Positions 25,395-36,145 are shown, numbered from the stretch's first letter. The stretch: 39,824 nucleotides of DNA from Candidatus Woesearchaeota archaeon CG1_02_57_44 (GCA_001871415.1 MNWW01000030.1:1-39824); one strand, 5' to 3'. Numbers and translations are program-made. The notes: generated by a model not told the origin, from the sequence alone.

Positions 25395-28300
25395 GGACCA
25401 CCCATGCTCGCGTTGAACCAGTTCTCCCATGACACGGCCAGCACGGTCGCCTGCGTCGCGTTCACCCAGGAAGACGCCATGGTGCCATTGATGCGGCCGC
25501 GATACCAGGACGCGGAGCCGCCCGTGTCAGCCAGCCCCTCTGTGGTGATAGCGTCCGCCCCGAGGCTGATGCTCTTGGCAGCGCCAAAGACCACTGCCTC
25601 GCGGAAGATAATCGCGTCCGCCTGCACGGGGAATGCCAGCGAGCTGTTGACGGTCAGGTTGATGGCCGTGTGGTTGAATGACGTGTCAGGATTGGTCACG
25701 TTGACCACACCTGCCGCCACGATATCTATCGGCACGAGAGAGACGTTCAGGAATGGCGCCTGCCCATCCACGGTGAAGCGCGCGCGCACCACGCTCATGT
25801 TCGTATAGGTCACATTGAGCTCCACGACACCCTGCGCTTCTACCTGAATCCTGAAGGTCCCGTTGCCATCAGCATTCACCATGGTATCGCGCCAGCTGAT
25901 GTTGCCGGCCATAGGATTGCCCTCGAGCCTCACCTCACCGGTCACGTTCACGGACTGCTGGCCCTGCCCGCCGGAGAGGTTGACCGTGAAGGTCACATTG
26001 GTGTAGGCCGACGGGTATTGCAGCGGCTGTGCGTCCTCGCCGCCGAGCCAGAGAACCGCCACGTGCGCGCCATCGGCCAATGAGGTCAGGTTGAAGGTGG
26101 CATTCATCACAGAGCTGTTGCGCACGGCCTGCGCGTCCACGCGCAGGAACACGGCGGAGACCAGCGTCAGGTTGCCCGTGGCATTGTAGATGAGGGTCAC
26201 ATTGTCCTGCCCGCTGAGGATCGCGCCCTCTGCGGGGTACGCGATGCTGATATTGGGCGGTGGCAGGACCGGGCCGGCGATGCTGACCGTGAAGCTCACA
26301 TTGCCGTACTGATCGACACCACCCAGCGGCGACCAGCCGCTGTCCGCGAGCCACGCATGCAGGACGTGCGCGCCCGGCGACGCGGTGAAGCTCTGGTTCC
26401 CGGACGCGTTCGTCGAGACATTCATCTGCTCATCGCTGTCCAGGCGGAGGATGACGCCTTGCGCCTGAGACGCATTGCCCGTCACGTTCCATACCGCGTT
26501 GACATCCACCGAAGAGATGCTCTGCCCCTCTGTCGGATAGCTTATCGAGATGTTGACCGGCGGCTGCGCTCCAGAACCCGCATCGCCCGACGCGTTCACG
26601 ACGAAGGTACGGTTGCGATACATCGGAAAGTCCGTGAACCTGACGCCATCCGGGTCCAGCAGCCATCCATGGATGACGTGCTCGCCGTCCGAGAGGCCGG
26701 TGAAGGTGTGGGCCTGCGTCACGTTCTCTTCGCTGAAATTGATCTCCTGCCCGGAGTCCATGCGCAAGGTCACCCCCGAGATGTTCTCGGCCGGGCCATC
26801 GCGATGGTAGCGGATGGTGACGGTGCTGTTCTGATAGGTCATGGGAGGGCCCTCCGGAGGCTCCTCGAACTGCAGCGAGAGCCCGCCGTCACCCATGGGA
26901 GGCATGGCGCCTCCACCCAGCAGGGTGCAGTTGCCTGTTGTGCCGATGACCTCGAAGGCGATGTTCCTCATCTGGAAGTTACGGTCCTTGTCCTCGCAGC
27001 GCACGGTCAAGGTCATGTTGTCATCACAGATCTCCGGCTGGCGGTGATGGAAGAACAGGGGGTTATCGTCCTGCGGCCAGAGCGGCTGGAAGCGATAGTA
27101 CGTCTGGTTCAGGTTCGTGATGAAGTATCCACACATCACCTTCTTGTCGGTGCTGACATTGATATCAAGACTGCCGTTGACCGGCAGGGACACCGTGCTG
27201 GCATTGAGCGGGAAATCGATGGTGACCACCGGCGGCGTGCGGTCCGTGGTACGGAAGTAGCCACGTATCGTGCCGCTGCCGCCTGTCGAAGCGTTGCGCA
27301 CGCTGAGACGCACGGCATACTCACCCTGCACCCACTGGCCATCAGGCACGATCACCAGATAGTCACCACTGCTCATGTTGGCATCCGCGCTGCCGGTTAT
27401 GGTCCAGCCGTACGCATCAGCATAGGAACGGCAGAAATCCTGGAAGCACGAAGGATCTGGCGCCGCTATCTGCACGCCGGTCACCTCGCCAGCCGCTTCC
27501 TGCCCATTGGCGTCAAAGAGCCAGACCTGCAGAGAAGCGTTCTCCGTGACACCCGGCTCATAGTAGCCCTGGAACTGGCTGTTGGCCGGGAACATGTTCC
27601 CCCAGTAGGACTGGCGGACCTGGAAGTTTATCCACTGGCTCGCCTCAAAGGTGCTTGTCGCATCATCCACTTCGCTGAACATGGTCTGCAGGCTGCTCCA
27701 TCCCTCAGGCCATCCCCCTGCCGGAGGGACAACGGTCACATTGGCCGTGTCCGTTATCTGGCAGTTGCCCTGCGCTGAGCAACCCTGCACATAGAACTGC
27801 ACATCGCCTATCCTGCTGTCATAGGACCAGATGCGGGAGAGATTGGCCTGGACCCCTGACTGAAGCATGATCTGATCCTGGGCGCTTGACAGCGCCACGG
27901 TGATAGAGACATTGCCGGCGGTCGTGACGCCGGGCGTATTGGTCTGCACATTGACAAGGGCGGACTGCACCTGAAAATTAAGCCACGCCTGCGAAGTATC
28001 GCCCGTGTCGTCATTGCGGATGATGATGGTGATATCATTGTTGCCAAGAGGCCACTTGCCGCCTGCCAGCGATGCGGGCGTGATGTTCACCTGCACCTTC
28101 GAGCCGTCGAAAACCCCCGCAGGGGTGAAATTCGTGATCAGGTCAGGCTGGCCCATGCCCCAGTTGTTGCGCTGCACGGCCTGGATGGAATAGTTGCCCA
28201 GCAGCACCGTGCCCGGACCGGCAGGGTCATTGATGGTGAGATTCCTCCCCACGATAGCGGTCCTTCCCACCTGCTCGAACATCCAGCCCATATTGACGCT

Positions 28301-31300
28301 GAAGGAGCGCACCTCAAAGAAGATACGTGCGCTGCTCGACTCTCCCTGTGCGTTCTGCAGGAGCACCTCTCCATCGTAAAAGCCAGTAGGCCAGCTTGAG
28401 CCATCATCCCGCGTGATGTTGATGACACGCGAGCCATTGATATCAGTCGCAGAGATATTGATGTCATCAGGATACGAGAACTCCTGCGGCGTGAAGGTGC
28501 TGGGGTCAAAGGAGTGCAGGCGCACCTCGGTGATGGTCGTATTGAGCAGCTGATCCTGAGGCACAAAGCCATAGGCCGGGCTCCTGCTGGTCGTCAGACG
28601 CAGGCGCAAGGGGTCGGCGGAGCGCAGCGACCAGGCGTCTGCTCCCGCGCTGTCCACGAGCTGGGCCGCGGAGAAGAAAGCCACGGCATTGAACCATCCA
28701 AAGCCGGTCTCTGTGCCGTTCAGGTCGAGCACCACGTCATAGAATCCCGAGTCCCATGCTCCGGCAGTGGGAACGATGGTCAGGACGTACTGGGACTTGT
28801 TGAAGCCTGTCCCCCAGAAGTCGCTGGAGGCATTGACGACTATAGGCGTCACGCTGTATGATGAGGGGTCCAGCTCCTGCGGAGGCCAGCTCGTGAAGTC
28901 CATTATCTTCCTGACACTGACGCGCACATCCCCGCCCAGCGATTGCTTGGACTGCCAATTCCCCGCGTTCTTGATGTCCACAAAGAGGGTCACATTATCC
29001 CGCAGGTTAAAGGAATCCTTCCATTGCCACTGCTGGGACTGGGCGCTGTACTCTGTCGGCATGGACGAGGCGAACCACTGGCGGATCTCGAACATGGCCT
29101 CGCCGTAATCAACGGTTCCTGAGGAGTCGTCGACGCCCTTGAGCACGGCCTTGTAGCTGCCCGATTTCCACTGCCCGTCGGTGAGACGCGCCGGGTCCAG
29201 CACCACGCTCCCCGAGCCGCTGCTGACCGACGATGAGGACAGCCCGGTGGTATTGTAGCCCGCGTCAACCGGCGCGGAGAGCCACTCCCCGGGACTGCCC
29301 AGATAGAGCACACGATCGATGGTCACGGTCCCGGACATGCCGCCGGAACTGCCGGACCACCATCCCTGGCCGGGCTGATACATCTGGATGCTCAGGTTCA
29401 CGGTGTCGTTGGCCTTGTTTATCCACCTGTTGGGCCATGACGCGAAGAAGAAATTGCGCGCCTCGAAGGTACCGTCACCCTTGGCCACCGTGCCGTCAGT
29501 GCCGGTGACCGTGATGTAGCCATGGTAGGATCCTCCTTCCCAATCAGCAAGGGGCTTTACCGTGCACTTATAGCCGCCATTGTTGTCCGCGGAAGTGCAG
29601 GTGCTCGCGGTGAGATTCAGCGGCGTATCCTTGCCGTTCTGCTCATTGACCACGCGATCGACCGTGATGGTGGCGTTGGTTATGGCCTGCTGGGCAGAGC
29701 TCTGCTCCTGACCATACGAGAGACAGCCACGGTCCTTCTTTCCGCGCATCCCTCCGCCCATAGGATCCCCAAAGCCCGCGCCGCCCCCCTCGGAGAAATC
29801 TTCCTTGCGCCCGCTGCCCGAGCTGTGCGTGGCCTGCGTCACCTTGAGCTGGAAGTAGACCGTGTCGGACGTGCGGAACTGCCAGACGAAATTCGGGTTC
29901 TGCCCCAGGCCATCGACAGCCGCCGCGCACAGCTCATAGGGAGCGTAGATGAAGGTCGCCTTGGCCTTTGCCGAGCGATTATTGACATAGATCTCCGCAG
30001 TGTACAGACCGCCCCTGAGCGGAGTGTTGAGCGCTATCATCTGCTTGCTGCCATTGAAAGCCCAGCTGACATTGATATCGGACGCGTTGAGCTGGGGCCA
30101 CGCGCGCAGCGTGATGTTCTGCGCTGCCCCATCCTCATAGGTCAGGCGCGAGAGCTGCGCGTCGGTGATGTTGATGGTGCCGGTGTTGTTCTTCGCGCTC
30201 ACTTTCAGGTAGACCAGGTCGGTCGCCCCGAACTGATCCTGCTGCTCGCCGTCCTTGTTCGCGCTGTACGCGGTGGCCGTCTGGTCGGTCACGGTGATGA
30301 CGCGCTCCTGCTGCTGGAGCTCCGAGGACCAGTTGACAGCCACGGCAAGCGTGTAAGCCCCTGTCTGGTTGGGCGCGGTCAGGTTGAATGTATAGCATCC
30401 CGCAGCCCCGCACGTCGCATCCCAATACGGGACAGCGCCAGCTTTGGTCGTGCCCAGCTTGTTCTTGAGCGTGATGTTGACATCGCGGGTCACATTGAGG
30501 TTCACTATCATCGAACCATTGGCCCGGTAGACCGGCGTCAGCTGGAATGAGAGATTAGCATCAGCGAACCCCCTGTAGTCCTGCAGGAAACCTGAGTTGC
30601 TCGACGCCTTGGCCAAGGTGAACGACCAGGTGCGCACACGGAACGATCCCTGCCTGCGCACGGTCTCAGTGCCATAGACATCCACATCAGCTGCGTACGC
30701 TCCTGAGCTCCAGTCAGAATCCACAGTGAACTGATAGCTGCCGATGTATGCATTGGAGCTGTTCAGGATGGTGGTAGAGATATTGGCCAGGACCCTGCCG
30801 TCCGGATTCCGGATAGTGCCATTGAAAAGATACGCCCCGGATGCAGGCGATGTGCCATTGTAGGTGACCGCGACCTCGACCTTCCCCGCATCACCCACCG
30901 TGAAGAGCCCCTTGAGGTTGGCGCCCGTGCTGTCCCTCAGCCGCACGGCCACGTCAAAAGGCACCACCTTGATGAAGGTGGACGCAAGGAAGCTGTTGGC
31001 CTCCAGACGATACGCACCTGATGTCGCCGGGGCATTGACAGTAACCGTGCAGTATCCGTCAGCATCGGTCAGCGCGCTCTGCGTCTGGGAGCAATTGGAG
31101 AAGGCGCCCAAGACGGTGTCCTGCAGGTTGCGCATGGTCGCGTTGATGGATATATTGGCCACACCCACTACTGCTGTGCCACTGTCGCGGAGCGCCTGGA
31201 TAGTGGCGGTTATCGGCTGGCCCCCATAGTAGGAGGCCTTGTCCGGCACCAGTCGTAGCTCATCCACCTGCACAGACTCCACGATGAACGACTGCTGGTT

Positions 31301-31708
31301 CTGCCAGCGCGTGCCATTGTCATTGTAGGTCGTGATGACCAGATAGGATCCTGCTGATGATGGAGCGATTATCGCGGGACTGTTGGGCGCGGAATCCGCG
31401 TCATAGGAGATGAAGATGCCCTGACTGGAGATATTGAGCGTGGTGAGCGATTGCGTCTCTCCGCCTGTCGTGCTCACATTGATGGTGACATTACCGCTGC
31501 TGACCGCGTCAGGCGCTGACGGCGGCTGACCGGGCGCTGATTGCGTGGCCTGATAGACCGCGCCGTACGCGACCATGGTCTCGCCCGGACCAAAGACGGT
31601 CTTGGTCAGCCCGGAGCGCAGGTAGATGATATTGTCAGCGCTGACAGCGCTCACGCAGCACAAGAACAGCACTGCCCATAGGCCCCACCGATTATGCTCC
31701 GACCTCAT
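25391..31708 (-). CDS. Giant secreted multi-Ig-domain glycoprotein (about 2105 aa)
   Basis: Signal peptide WGLWAVLFLCCVSAVSA; recurring K..(F/Y)..G(E/D/Q) module starts; three C-terminal ~100-aa repeats; no C-terminal TM; TTTAAATA at 31774-31767. Confidence 0.87.
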   Translation of the reverse strand: MRSEHNRWGLWAVLFLCCVSAVSADNIIYLRSGLTKTVFGPGETMVAYGAVYQATQSAPGQPPSAPDAVSSGNVTINVSTTGGETQSLTTLNISSQGIFISYDADSAPNSPAIIAPSSAGSYLVITTYNDNGTRWQNQQSFIVESVQVDELRLVPDKASYYGGQPITATIQALRDSGTAVVGVANISINATMRNLQDTVLGAFSNCSQTQSALTDADGYCTVTVNAPATSGAYRLEANSFLASTFIKVVPFDVAVRLRDSTGANLKGLFTVGDAGKVEVAVTYNGTSPASGAYLFNGTIRNPDGRVLANISTTILNSSNAYIGSYQFTVDSDWSSGAYAADVDVYGTETVRRQGSFRVRTWSFTLAKASSNSGFLQDYRGFADANLSFQLTPVYRANGSMIVNLNVTRDVNITLKNKLGTTKAGAVPYWDATCGAAGCYTFNLTAPNQTGAYTLAVAVNWSSELQQQERVITVTDQTATAYSANKDGEQQDQFGATDLVYLKVSAKNNTGTINITDAQLSRLTYEDGAAQNITLRAWPQLNASDINVSWAFNGSKQMIALNTPLRGGLYTAEIYVNNRSAKAKATFIYAPYELCAAAVDGLGQNPNFVWQFRTSDTVYFQLKVTQATHSSGSGRKEDFSEGGGAGFGDPMGGGMRGKKDRGCLSYGQEQSSAQQAITNATITVDRVVNEQNGKDTPLNLTASTCTSADNNGGYKCTVKPLADWEGGSYHGYITVTGTDGTVAKGDGTFEARNFFFASWPNRWINKANDTVNLSIQMYQPGQGWWSGSSGGMSGTVTIDRVLYLGSPGEWLSAPVDAGYNTTGLSSSSVSSGSGSVVLDPARLTDGQWKSGSYKAVLKGVDDSSGTVDYGEAMFEIRQWFASSMPTEYSAQSQQWQWKDSFNLRDNVTLFVDIKNAGNWQSKQSLGGDVRVSVRKIMDFTSWPPQELDPSSYSVTPIVVNASSDFWGTGFNKSQYVLTIVPTAGAWDSGFYDVVLDLNGTETGFGWFNAVAFFSAAQLVDSAGADAWSLRSADPLRLRLTTSRSPAYGFVPQDQLLNTTITEVRLHSFDPSTFTPQEFSYPDDINISATDINGSRVINITRDDGSSWPTGFYDGEVLLQNAQGESSSARIFFEVRSFSVNMGWMFEQVGRTAIVGRNLTINDPAGPGTVLLGNYSIQAVQRNNWGMGQPDLITNFTPAGVFDGSKVQVNITPASLAGGKWPLGNNDITIIIRNDDTGDTSQAWLNFQVQSALVNVQTNTPGVTTAGNVSITVALSSAQDQIMLQSGVQANLSRIWSYDSRIGDVQFYVQGCSAQGNCQITDTANVTVVPPAGGWPEGWSSLQTMFSEVDDATSTFEASQWINFQVRQSYWGNMFPANSQFQGYYEPGVTENASLQVWLFDANGQEAAGEVTGVQIAAPDPSCFQDFCRSYADAYGWTITGSADANMSSGDYLVIVPDGQWVQGEYAVRLSVRNASTGGSGTIRGYFRTTDRTPPVVTIDFPLNASTVSLPVNGSLDINVSTDKKVMCGYFITNLNQTYYRFQPLWPQDDNPLFFHHRQPEICDDNMTLTVRCEDKDRNFQMRNIAFEVIGTTGNCTLLGGGAMPPMGDGGLSLQFEEPPEGPPMTYQNSTVTIRYHRDGPAENISGVTLRMDSGQEINFSEENVTQAHTFTGLSDGEHVIHGWLLDPDGVRFTDFPMYRNRTFVVNASGDAGSGAQPPVNISISYPTEGQSISSVDVNAVWNVTGNASQAQGVILRLDSDEQMNVSTNASGNQSFTASPGAHVLHAWLADSGWSPLGGVDQYGNVSFTVSIAGPVLPPPNISIAYPAEGAILSGQDNVTLIYNATGNLTLVSAVFLRVDAQAVRNSSVMNATFNLTSLADGAHVAVLWLGGEDAQPLQYPSAYTNVTFTVNLSGGQGQQSVNVTGEVRLEGNPMAGNISWRDTMVNADGNGTFRIQVEAQGVVELNVTYTNMSVVRARFTVDGQAPFLNVSLVPIDIVAAGVVNVTNPDTSFNHTAINLTVNSSLAFPVQADAIIFREAVVFGAAKSISLGADAITTEGLADTGGSASWYRGRINGTMASSWVNATQATVLAVSWENWFNASMGGP

Positions 31709-31946
31709 GATGCGAATGGGCAGACCCTGCCCTACCAAAATCAGTACTCTATTCCGCACTTAGTGATATTTAAAGATTTCGGTTATTCAAACACCGTCAA
31801 AATATTGTTTTACTGATGCTTATTGCTGTCTGGAAGGCATAGCATGCGCCAGACCATCCCCCCCAGCCCAGCGAAAGAACCCGTCTGGACAGCCACACCA
31901 CCAAAGCCAGTGCCCCGGGACACGCTAAACACGCTAAAAAAAGAGC

Positions 31947-32330
31947 CTAAAAGAGCCCCAGCACCTTGCCTCTCTTTTGCTGCGGGTATGTATCGCCCAT
32001 AGCCTTCTTGATGGTGGACTGATGCCATCCCTGCTCTATCAGATGGTCCACTATCTCCTGTGCAGGGTGCCCTGACGCCAGCGCCTTGCCGATCAGGACC
32101 TGCAGGCGCCTGACCGGCGCATCGACCTTGTGGCGCGCCATGTGCTTGTGGAAATCGTCCTTCCTGCGCGCTTTGGCATCACGCTCGGCCTCGCGGGATT
32201 CCCACTCAGGAGAAAGACGGAACAGACGCTCTGAGGTATCTATTTTCGGCGCGTTCTTCTGGCGCGCGAGCCAGTAGGCAGCGACGCCTGCCACGAGCGC
32301 GATGATGACCAAAACCACGAGAGGGAGCAC
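31947..32330 (-). CDS. Single-TM protein with cytoplasmic 'G...I...L...GW' helical domain
   Basis: N-terminal TM VLPLVVLVIIALVAGVAAYW; KALASGHPAQEIVDHLIEQGW; GTG start 23-24 nt after TTATTAA. Confidence 0.75.
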   Translation of the reverse strand: MLPLVVLVIIALVAGVAAYWLARQKNAPKIDTSERLFRLSPEWESREAERDAKARRKDDFHKHMARHKVDAPVRRLQVLIGKALASGHPAQEIVDHLIEQGWHQSTIKKAMGDTYPQQKRGKVLGLF

Positions 32331-32434
32331 AGGACTATTGTGGACGGGCTTGTTAATAAGGTTTGTCATATATAAATGGGTCTGACGGGCAGGCCCACAA
32401 AGCTTTATATTGCCACCCACGCACGCGTATTACT

Positions 32435-33376
32435 ATGAAATGTCCCATCTGCGGCAGGCTCTCACGCGGGCTCTGCGACGCGTGCCAGCAAAAAGAGGAC
32501 AGCGCAGGCACTCCTGGCAAGAGAAAGGACAAGAAAGGAGGAAAGAAGCAGAGCCGCAAGCCAGTCGAATCGCTCGCTGAGGCCATGCAGCAGGCGTCTG
32601 CAGGGGCTGGCACACCAGAAGACCAAGCGGCTGGCACTGCTGCGGCGATGCGCCAGCCGCGCATCAGGCAATGCACGCGCTGCGGCACATGCTTCCGGGG
32701 CGCGCACAAGGTGAAGAGTCCCGGGCCATCACCGGTCAGGTTCGTCTGCCCGACGTGCTCGCGGCAGACAGGACAGTATTTCGAGGCCATACTGCAGCTA
32801 CGCGGAGACTGGGAAGACGCGGCCAATGAAGCAAGGACACAAGTGCATGTCGCGAAGCAAGTAATGCCCCGCGGCGGCGGCGTAGACCTCTATACGGATG
32901 ACACGTCAAAGACGCGAGCTGTCGCAAAGCGCCTCGCAAAGAAATTTGGAGGCAATGTGGTCGAGACCGCGAAGCTGCACACGCAGGACCATCTCAGCAG
33001 CAAGAAGCTCTATCGCATGACCTTCCTCATCACGGTCCCCCCATTCCACAGCGGTGATATCGTCGCGCTCTCTGATGTCAAAGACAAGGCCCGCGAACCT
33101 ATCATCATCACCAAAGTGGATAAGCACGTGCATGGCACAGGGATCGCCACCGGCAGGCACTACAAAGTGAATCCTGATGAAGCGAAAGAAGGCTTGCCCA
33201 TCGTCAAGACACAGGTCAGCATATCCTCGCCGCGGCTGGAGGTATTGCACCCTGAATCTTACTCCAGCGTCGAGCCAGTGATGCGCGAGGGACAGGAGAT
33301 TGCGATAGTGAAGGACCGGATACGGGTCGTCGTGCATCGTGGCGTGGTCTACGCGGTGCCACGCGACCAGCGATAG
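32435..33376 (+). CDS. NMD3-related protein (archaeal)
   Basis: Four CxxC pairs, YFEAILQLR, GGVDLY, KLHTQD...LYRMT; TTTATA box 25 nt upstream. Confidence 0.88.
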   Translation: MKCPICGRLSRGLCDACQQKEDSAGTPGKRKDKKGGKKQSRKPVESLAEAMQQASAGAGTPEDQAAGTAAAMRQPRIRQCTRCGTCFRGAHKVKSPGPSPVRFVCPTCSRQTGQYFEAILQLRGDWEDAANEARTQVHVAKQVMPRGGGVDLYTDDTSKTRAVAKRLAKKFGGNVVETAKLHTQDHLSSKKLYRMTFLITVPPFHSGDIVALSDVKDKAREPIIITKVDKHVHGTGIATGRHYKVNPDEAKEGLPIVKTQVSISSPRLEVLHPESYSSVEPVMREGQEIAIVKDRIRVVVHRGVVYAVPRDQR

Positions 33377-33406
33377 TCGGCTACCTGATTGCACGGGGAT
33401 GATGAT

Positions 33407-33841
33407 TCATATAGTGAGCAGATTCAGTCCGACACCGTCATTGTATGTCCTCGTGAACGCCGCGTCAATCGGCTTGAGCACTATCTCACACGTCGCGCCG
33501 ACCCTGGCTTCGTTAAGATGCCCGCCGAATGCGCGCATCTCCTTGTCCGTGACCACGATGTGCGCGTGCACGTGGCCGCCCTTGAATCCGGTCACCATGC
33601 CTGAGCAGGACGCTATCTCCAGCGGCGCCTCCAGCTGCTTGCTCGTGTATTTTTTCTCTTCGACGTCATAATGGCCAAGGTCTATCCAATCCACGGCGCC
33701 GATGGCCGTGAAATAGCCTGCCTTAATCTTTTCCATATGCAGGATGCGCTGGACACTGTCGATAAGATTGTCTCCCTTGCTGAGCCTTATCACCAGGATA
33801 GAACCTGGATCCTCCATCTCTATCTTGAAGCGTTTGTACAT
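33407..33841 (-). CDS. PPC/DUF296 domain protein
   Basis: IRL.KGD, AIGAV, LEIASCSG, HVHAH, GGHL. Confidence 0.9.
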   Translation of the reverse strand: MYKRFKIEMEDPGSILVIRLSKGDNLIDSVQRILHMEKIKAGYFTAIGAVDWIDLGHYDVEEKKYTSKQLEAPLEIASCSGMVTGFKGGHVHAHIVVTDKEMRAFGGHLNEARVGATCEIVLKPIDAAFTRTYNDGVGLNLLTI

Positions 33842-33990
33842 GATGATACCCCCTGCACGCGCCTTGCTGCTGGCTTTCGCACGCGACGCGCCACAATGGT
33901 GGTCTGCCGCGCACGCTTAATTAGTTTGCGGCCGTGATGACACAAGCACCTATCATGCGTAGGGGGATGGTCACCGTCTCTGGCCGCAGG

Positions 33991-34992
33991 TCATGCAGTC
34001 CTATAGGACCTTGCACCCAACACCTTCGCTAGTCTCTGGTCAGCGTCACGCGTCAGGCCCCAGTCGTCGTGGCCATTCTTGAACTCGTAGACAGCCATGA
34101 CATCGCGGACGATGCCTTTGCCGAGAATCTCAAGCCAGGAAGTGAAGGGCGCATCACCCTGCCCGATGGGCAGTCCCTCATCCGCTTTCGTCGGACCGGA
34201 CGCATCGCTGATGTGGATGATGCCCAGGCGAGGAGCGATCACCTGCAGGACACATCCTGCCCAGCACTCAGGATAGCGCGACATGGTCGGGGTCAGGTAA
34301 GAACGGGGGGCAGACGGATGCCTGGCGCACCTGCGCATCTCCCCGGTCCTCGCATGCTCGTACATACGGAAGTGCGCCAGGTCTATATTGAGCAGGACGT
34401 CTCCCGGGGAGTCGAGCATGTCCCGCGGGTCAAGGTCCAGCACGCCCTGCATGCCGCCATGGTCAGGCGGATTATTCTCGCGGACGATGCTCGCCGGGAC
34501 ACCATACCTGGACGCGCAATAAGAGGCTGCGGACACAAGGTCGCCCAGCGCCTTCCTTGCGCGCATGCCTCTTCGGGCACGCATACTGCCCGGGTCCTGC
34601 CCCTCCTGCATCAGGCCCAGCAGATGGATATTAAAGTAGAGTTGGGTCGCGCCGATGGCCTGCGCCACCATCCCGCCCTCGTCCATGGAGTCGAGTATCA
34701 GGCCTTCGACATACACCCCCTCGGGCGATCCCAGATCGTAGCGCAACGCGTCGATGGTGTCAAGCCTGTCGGGCAGCGGCATATGGACACACAGGTGCGT
34801 GATGTCCGGTTTGCCGACCGTGGCCCAGGAACTGACCACGGCCTTCGCGCGCTCTTCGGCTGGGAACTGATAGAGGGATTCAAGCGCGTGCAGCTCCAGG
34901 CCGCTGAAGCCAAGCTGGCCCGCCAAGGTCAGCGCAGGGATAAGCTGACTGTACACCGCGGCACACTTGACACTGCGGATGAAATCCGACAT
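33991..34992 (-). CDS. Xylose isomerase-like/AP endonuclease family 2 TIM-barrel protein
   Basis: GLELH, CVHMP, NIH, RENNPP, NIDLAH, IHISDA, GLPIGQGD, VYE metal-ligand pattern. Confidence 0.75.
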   Translation of the reverse strand: MSDFIRSVKCAAVYSQLIPALTLAGQLGFSGLELHALESLYQFPAEERAKAVVSSWATVGKPDITHLCVHMPLPDRLDTIDALRYDLGSPEGVYVEGLILDSMDEGGMVAQAIGATQLYFNIHLLGLMQEGQDPGSMRARRGMRARKALGDLVSAASYCASRYGVPASIVRENNPPDHGGMQGVLDLDPRDMLDSPGDVLLNIDLAHFRMYEHARTGEMRRCARHPSAPRSYLTPTMSRYPECWAGCVLQVIAPRLGIIHISDASGPTKADEGLPIGQGDAPFTSWLEILGKGIVRDVMAVYEFKNGHDDWGLTRDADQRLAKVLGARSYRTA

Positions 34993-35065
34993 GAGCGTGG
35001 GATACCAGGTTACTTCAAAAAATCGACGGGAAAGATTATTATGCTGGGTGGTGATAGTATGCTGT

Positions 35066-36145
35066 ATGCTCACGCTCGATGGCAGCAGGTACGAGGGCGG
35101 CGGCCAGATGCTGCGCACGGCCATGGCGCTCTCCTGCCTCACGGGCAAGGATTTCCGGATGATGAATATACGGGCGGGCAGGAACAAGCCAGGCCTGAAG
35201 ATGCAGCATGTCACGGCAGGCAAACTGCTGATGAAACTCTGCGACGCGAAATGCGCCGGGTTCTTTGAGGGCAGCATGGAGATAGAATTCTTCCCGGGCA
35301 AGCCCGTCGGCGGCGTCGTTGCTGTGGACATCGGCACCGCGGGGTCGGTGACGCTCCTCTTGCAGTCCGTGCTGCTGCCCTGCTGCTTCGCGGAAAAGCG
35401 TACGATACTACGGATAACCGGTGGCACCGATGTCGCCTGGAGCATGAGCAATGATTATTTTGCTCATGTGGTGCTACCGTACTATCGGCAATATGCGGAC
35501 ATCGAGTATTCGGTCGAGCGCAGAGGATTCTATCCTGTGGGCGGCGGACAGGTGAGCATCAAGATTGTGCCCAAGCACGGACTGCATGAGTTCGGCAGTG
35601 TCGATGCGCTGCGGGCCCACCTGCAACCACTGCTGGTGGTGGAACGGGGCAGGCTGTTCTCCATCAAGCTGATGGCATCCGCGTCGTCGGACCTTGCGGC
35701 GCACAAGGTCGCTGAGCAGCAGGCGGAAGCAGCGCGCATACGGCTCGTCAGCAAAAGCACAGTTGACGTGCGTCATTCCTACGGCCCCACGGACTGCCCC
35801 GGCAGCGTGCTCTTTGGCATGGCATTGTTCTCTGCAGCAGCTGATGAGCCGCGCGAGCCTGTCCGGACAGGAGTCGATGTCCTTGGCGATGGACTGCATC
35901 CTGAAGAGGTCGGCAAGAAAGTAGCAGAGCTCCTGCTGGGGGTCATCGACTCTGGGACGCTCGATCCGCACATCGGCGATAATCTCGTGCCGCTGGTCGG
36001 GCTTGCTGGTGGGCAGGTGCGTTGTCCTGTGACGTCGCATGCCAAAGCGAACGCGCACGTGTGCGAGCAGTTCCTAGGCGGGAAATTCAATCTCTCGGAC
36101 GGGATAGCATATGAGGCTCCTACCGGAAGCGTGGATGAAGCATGA
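35066..36145 (+). CDS. rtcA: RNA 3'-terminal phosphate cyclase
   Basis: LDGS.YEGGGQMLR, IRAGR.KPGL..QH, GTAGSVTLLLQ, GGTDV, RRGFYP.GGG, DPH..DNL (catalytic His). Confidence 0.95.
   Translation: MLTLDGSRYEGGGQMLRTAMALSCLTGKDFRMMNIRAGRNKPGLKMQHVTAGKLLMKLCDAKCAGFFEGSMEIEFFPGKPVGGVVAVDIGTAGSVTLLLQSVLLPCCFAEKRTILRITGGTDVAWSMSNDYFAHVVLPYYRQYADIEYSVERRGFYPVGGGQVSIKIVPKHGLHEFGSVDALRAHLQPLLVVERGRLFSIKLMASASSDLAAHKVAEQQAEAARIRLVSKSTVDVRHSYGPTDCPGSVLFGMALFSAAADEPREPVRTGVDVLGDGLHPEEVGKKVAELLLGVIDSGTLDPHIGDNLVPLVGLAGGQVRCPVTSHAKANAHVCEQFLGGKFNLSDGIAYEAPTGSVDEA

Noticed and set aside
29700..29735. Alpha-2-macroglobulin thioester site (GCLSYGQEQ)
   Set aside because: Spacing does not fit CxEQ and no helical thioester domain is evident.
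899..35268. Long antisense ORFs (899-1543, 10410-11135, 26357-27778, 29522-30550, 34069-35268 and others)
   Set aside because: They lie opposite well-supported genes, have unnatural His/Arg/Val-rich composition and no motifs; expected shadows in high-GC DNA.
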